From a virus (taxonomy: Duplodnaviria; Heunggongvirae; Uroviricota; Caudoviricetes), in IMG/VR virus record IMGVR_UViG_3300023171_000010, positions 64,001-89,260 of that record: DNA of 25,260 bases. The stretch is one strand, 5' to 3'. Each line of letters starts with the position of its first letter. Positions within the stretch are counted from its first letter, which is position 1. A program made the translations under genes and the position numbers. This document shows positions 24,231-25,260 of this stretch, one piece after another. Under the pieces are notes generated by a model. The model was not told the DNA's origin. It made no database searches and saw only the letters and a list, made by a program, of their open reading frames with translations.

Positions 24231-25260
24231 ATGAATACCGCTGGCAAAAATATGATGAGTCAATCAAAGTTTTACATGGGTTACTCTCGTTGGGATGAAG
24301 TTAAGGGTGGATATGAAACTTGGGATGAATCAGTTTCTCGTGTAATGAATATGCACCGTCAAAAGTATGCTTCTGTTATGACACCAGAGCTTGAAGAATA
24401 CATCTCTTTTGCAGAGCAAGCCTATAAAGATAAAGTTGTGTTAGGGGCACAACGAGCATTACAGTTTGGTGGTGAACAACTATTTAAACATGAAGCTCGT
24501 ATGTACAATTGCTCTGTATCTCATTGTGATCGCGCAGCATTCTTTCAAGAGTGTATGTATCTCCTGTTGTGTGGTTGTGGTGTTGGCTTCTCAGTCCAAT
24601 CTCACCACATTGCTAAGTTGCCAAAAGTACATAAGCGTTATGAGAAGAAAGTAAAAGTGTTCCAAGTTCCAGATACAATTGAAGGGTGGGCAGATGCTTT
24701 TGGTGTATTGTTCAGTAGTTACTTTGTAGACGGTGGAACATTCCCTGATTATAAAGGCTGTCAAGTACACTTTGACTTCAACAAGATTCGACCTAAAGGA
24801 GCTTTGATTAGTGGCGGGTTTAAAGCTCCAGGCCCTGATGGTTTGCGTAGTGCGTTGGTCAAGTGCGAGGCGTTGCTAGAAGCATTAGTTGAGGGTAAAA
24901 CAGAGGGTGTTAGCGTTCCTACCATCACAGCTTATGACTTTGTTATGCATATGTCTGATGCAGTTTTGAGTGGTGGTGTTCGCCGGTCTGCAACCATCTG
25001 TATGTTTGATAAAGATGATGATTTGATGTTGAAGGCCAAAACTGGTGATTGGTTTGTTGATAACCCTCAACGTGGTCGTAGTAATAACTCTGTAATGCTT
25101 GTTCGTGGTGAACTTAGCCGCGAAGAATGGGCTAACATTATGAAGTCTGTTAAAGACTTTGGTGAACCCGGTTTTATCTTTACAGAGAATAAAGAGTTCT
25201 GTTTCAACCCTTGCGTAGAAATTGGTATGTTGCCAGTTGCTGAGAATGGAGAATCAGGCT
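24231..25260 (+). CDS. ribonucleotide reductase catalytic subunit, 5' part (resembles monomeric class II NrdJ/RTPR type); runs off window
   Basis: Hand-translated, open to window end; YSRW...ETW, MYNC, LLLCGCGVGFS, GGVRRSA, FNPCVEIG (thiyl Cys328); SD aaggag. Confidence 0.93.
   Translation, partial: MNTAGKNMMSQSKFYMGYSRWDEVKGGYETWDESVSRVMNMHRQKYASVMTPELEEYISFAEQAYKDKVVLGAQRALQFGGEQLFKHEARMYNCSVSHCDRAAFFQECMYLLLCGCGVGFSVQSHHIAKLPKVHKRYEKKVKVFQVPDTIEGWADAFGVLFSSYFVDGGTFPDYKGCQVHFDFNKIRPKGALISGGFKAPGPDGLRSALVKCEALLEALVEGKTEGVSVPTITAYDFVMHMSDAVLSGGVRRSATICMFDKDDDLMLKAKTGDWFVDNPQRGRSNNSVMLVRGELSREEWANIMKSVKDFGEPGFIFTENKEFCFNPCVEIGMLPVAENGESG

Noticed and set aside
1-25260. tRNA genes, CRISPR array, integrase/att site, DNA-modification enzymes
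   Set aside because: No cloverleaf, spaced direct repeats or such protein motifs seen by eye; tRNAscan-SE and a CRISPR finder would confirm

Overview
A 25-kb segment of a tailed dsDNA phage genome, roughly 40% GC by spot-checking lines. Organisation resembles medium-to-large lytic phages that pair T7-like replication proteins with host sigma70 promoters; host and genus cannot be assigned from sequence alone. Left arm (1-6240, minus strand): many small early-type hypothetical genes plus two larger ones, a PcfJ-like protein and a 427-aa stand-alone protein with the catalytic motifs of the PolA/T7-RNAP superfamily but no exonuclease domain. This second, minimal polymerase is the most striking item. 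The strands diverge at back-to-back sigma70 promoters (~6212-6304), and a 27-bp inverted translation-initiation cassette (6170-6196 / 6627-6653) brackets the switch. Right arm (plus strand): T7 gp4-like primase-helicase, family A DNA polymerase, SSB, 5'-3' exonuclease, HNH nuclease, HTH-DnaQ-like exonuclease, DUF3310 protein, nucleoside deoxyribosyltransferase-fold protein, ThyX and the 5' part of a ribonucleotide reductase. Four free-standing homing-endonuclease-type genes are interspersed (one tandemly duplicated, one frameshifted). About a dozen genes under 60 aa and the truncated RNR gene are missing from the supplied ORF track and were read by hand. Family names come from motif recognition, not database searches. 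No tRNA, rRNA, CRISPR array or integrase was seen.
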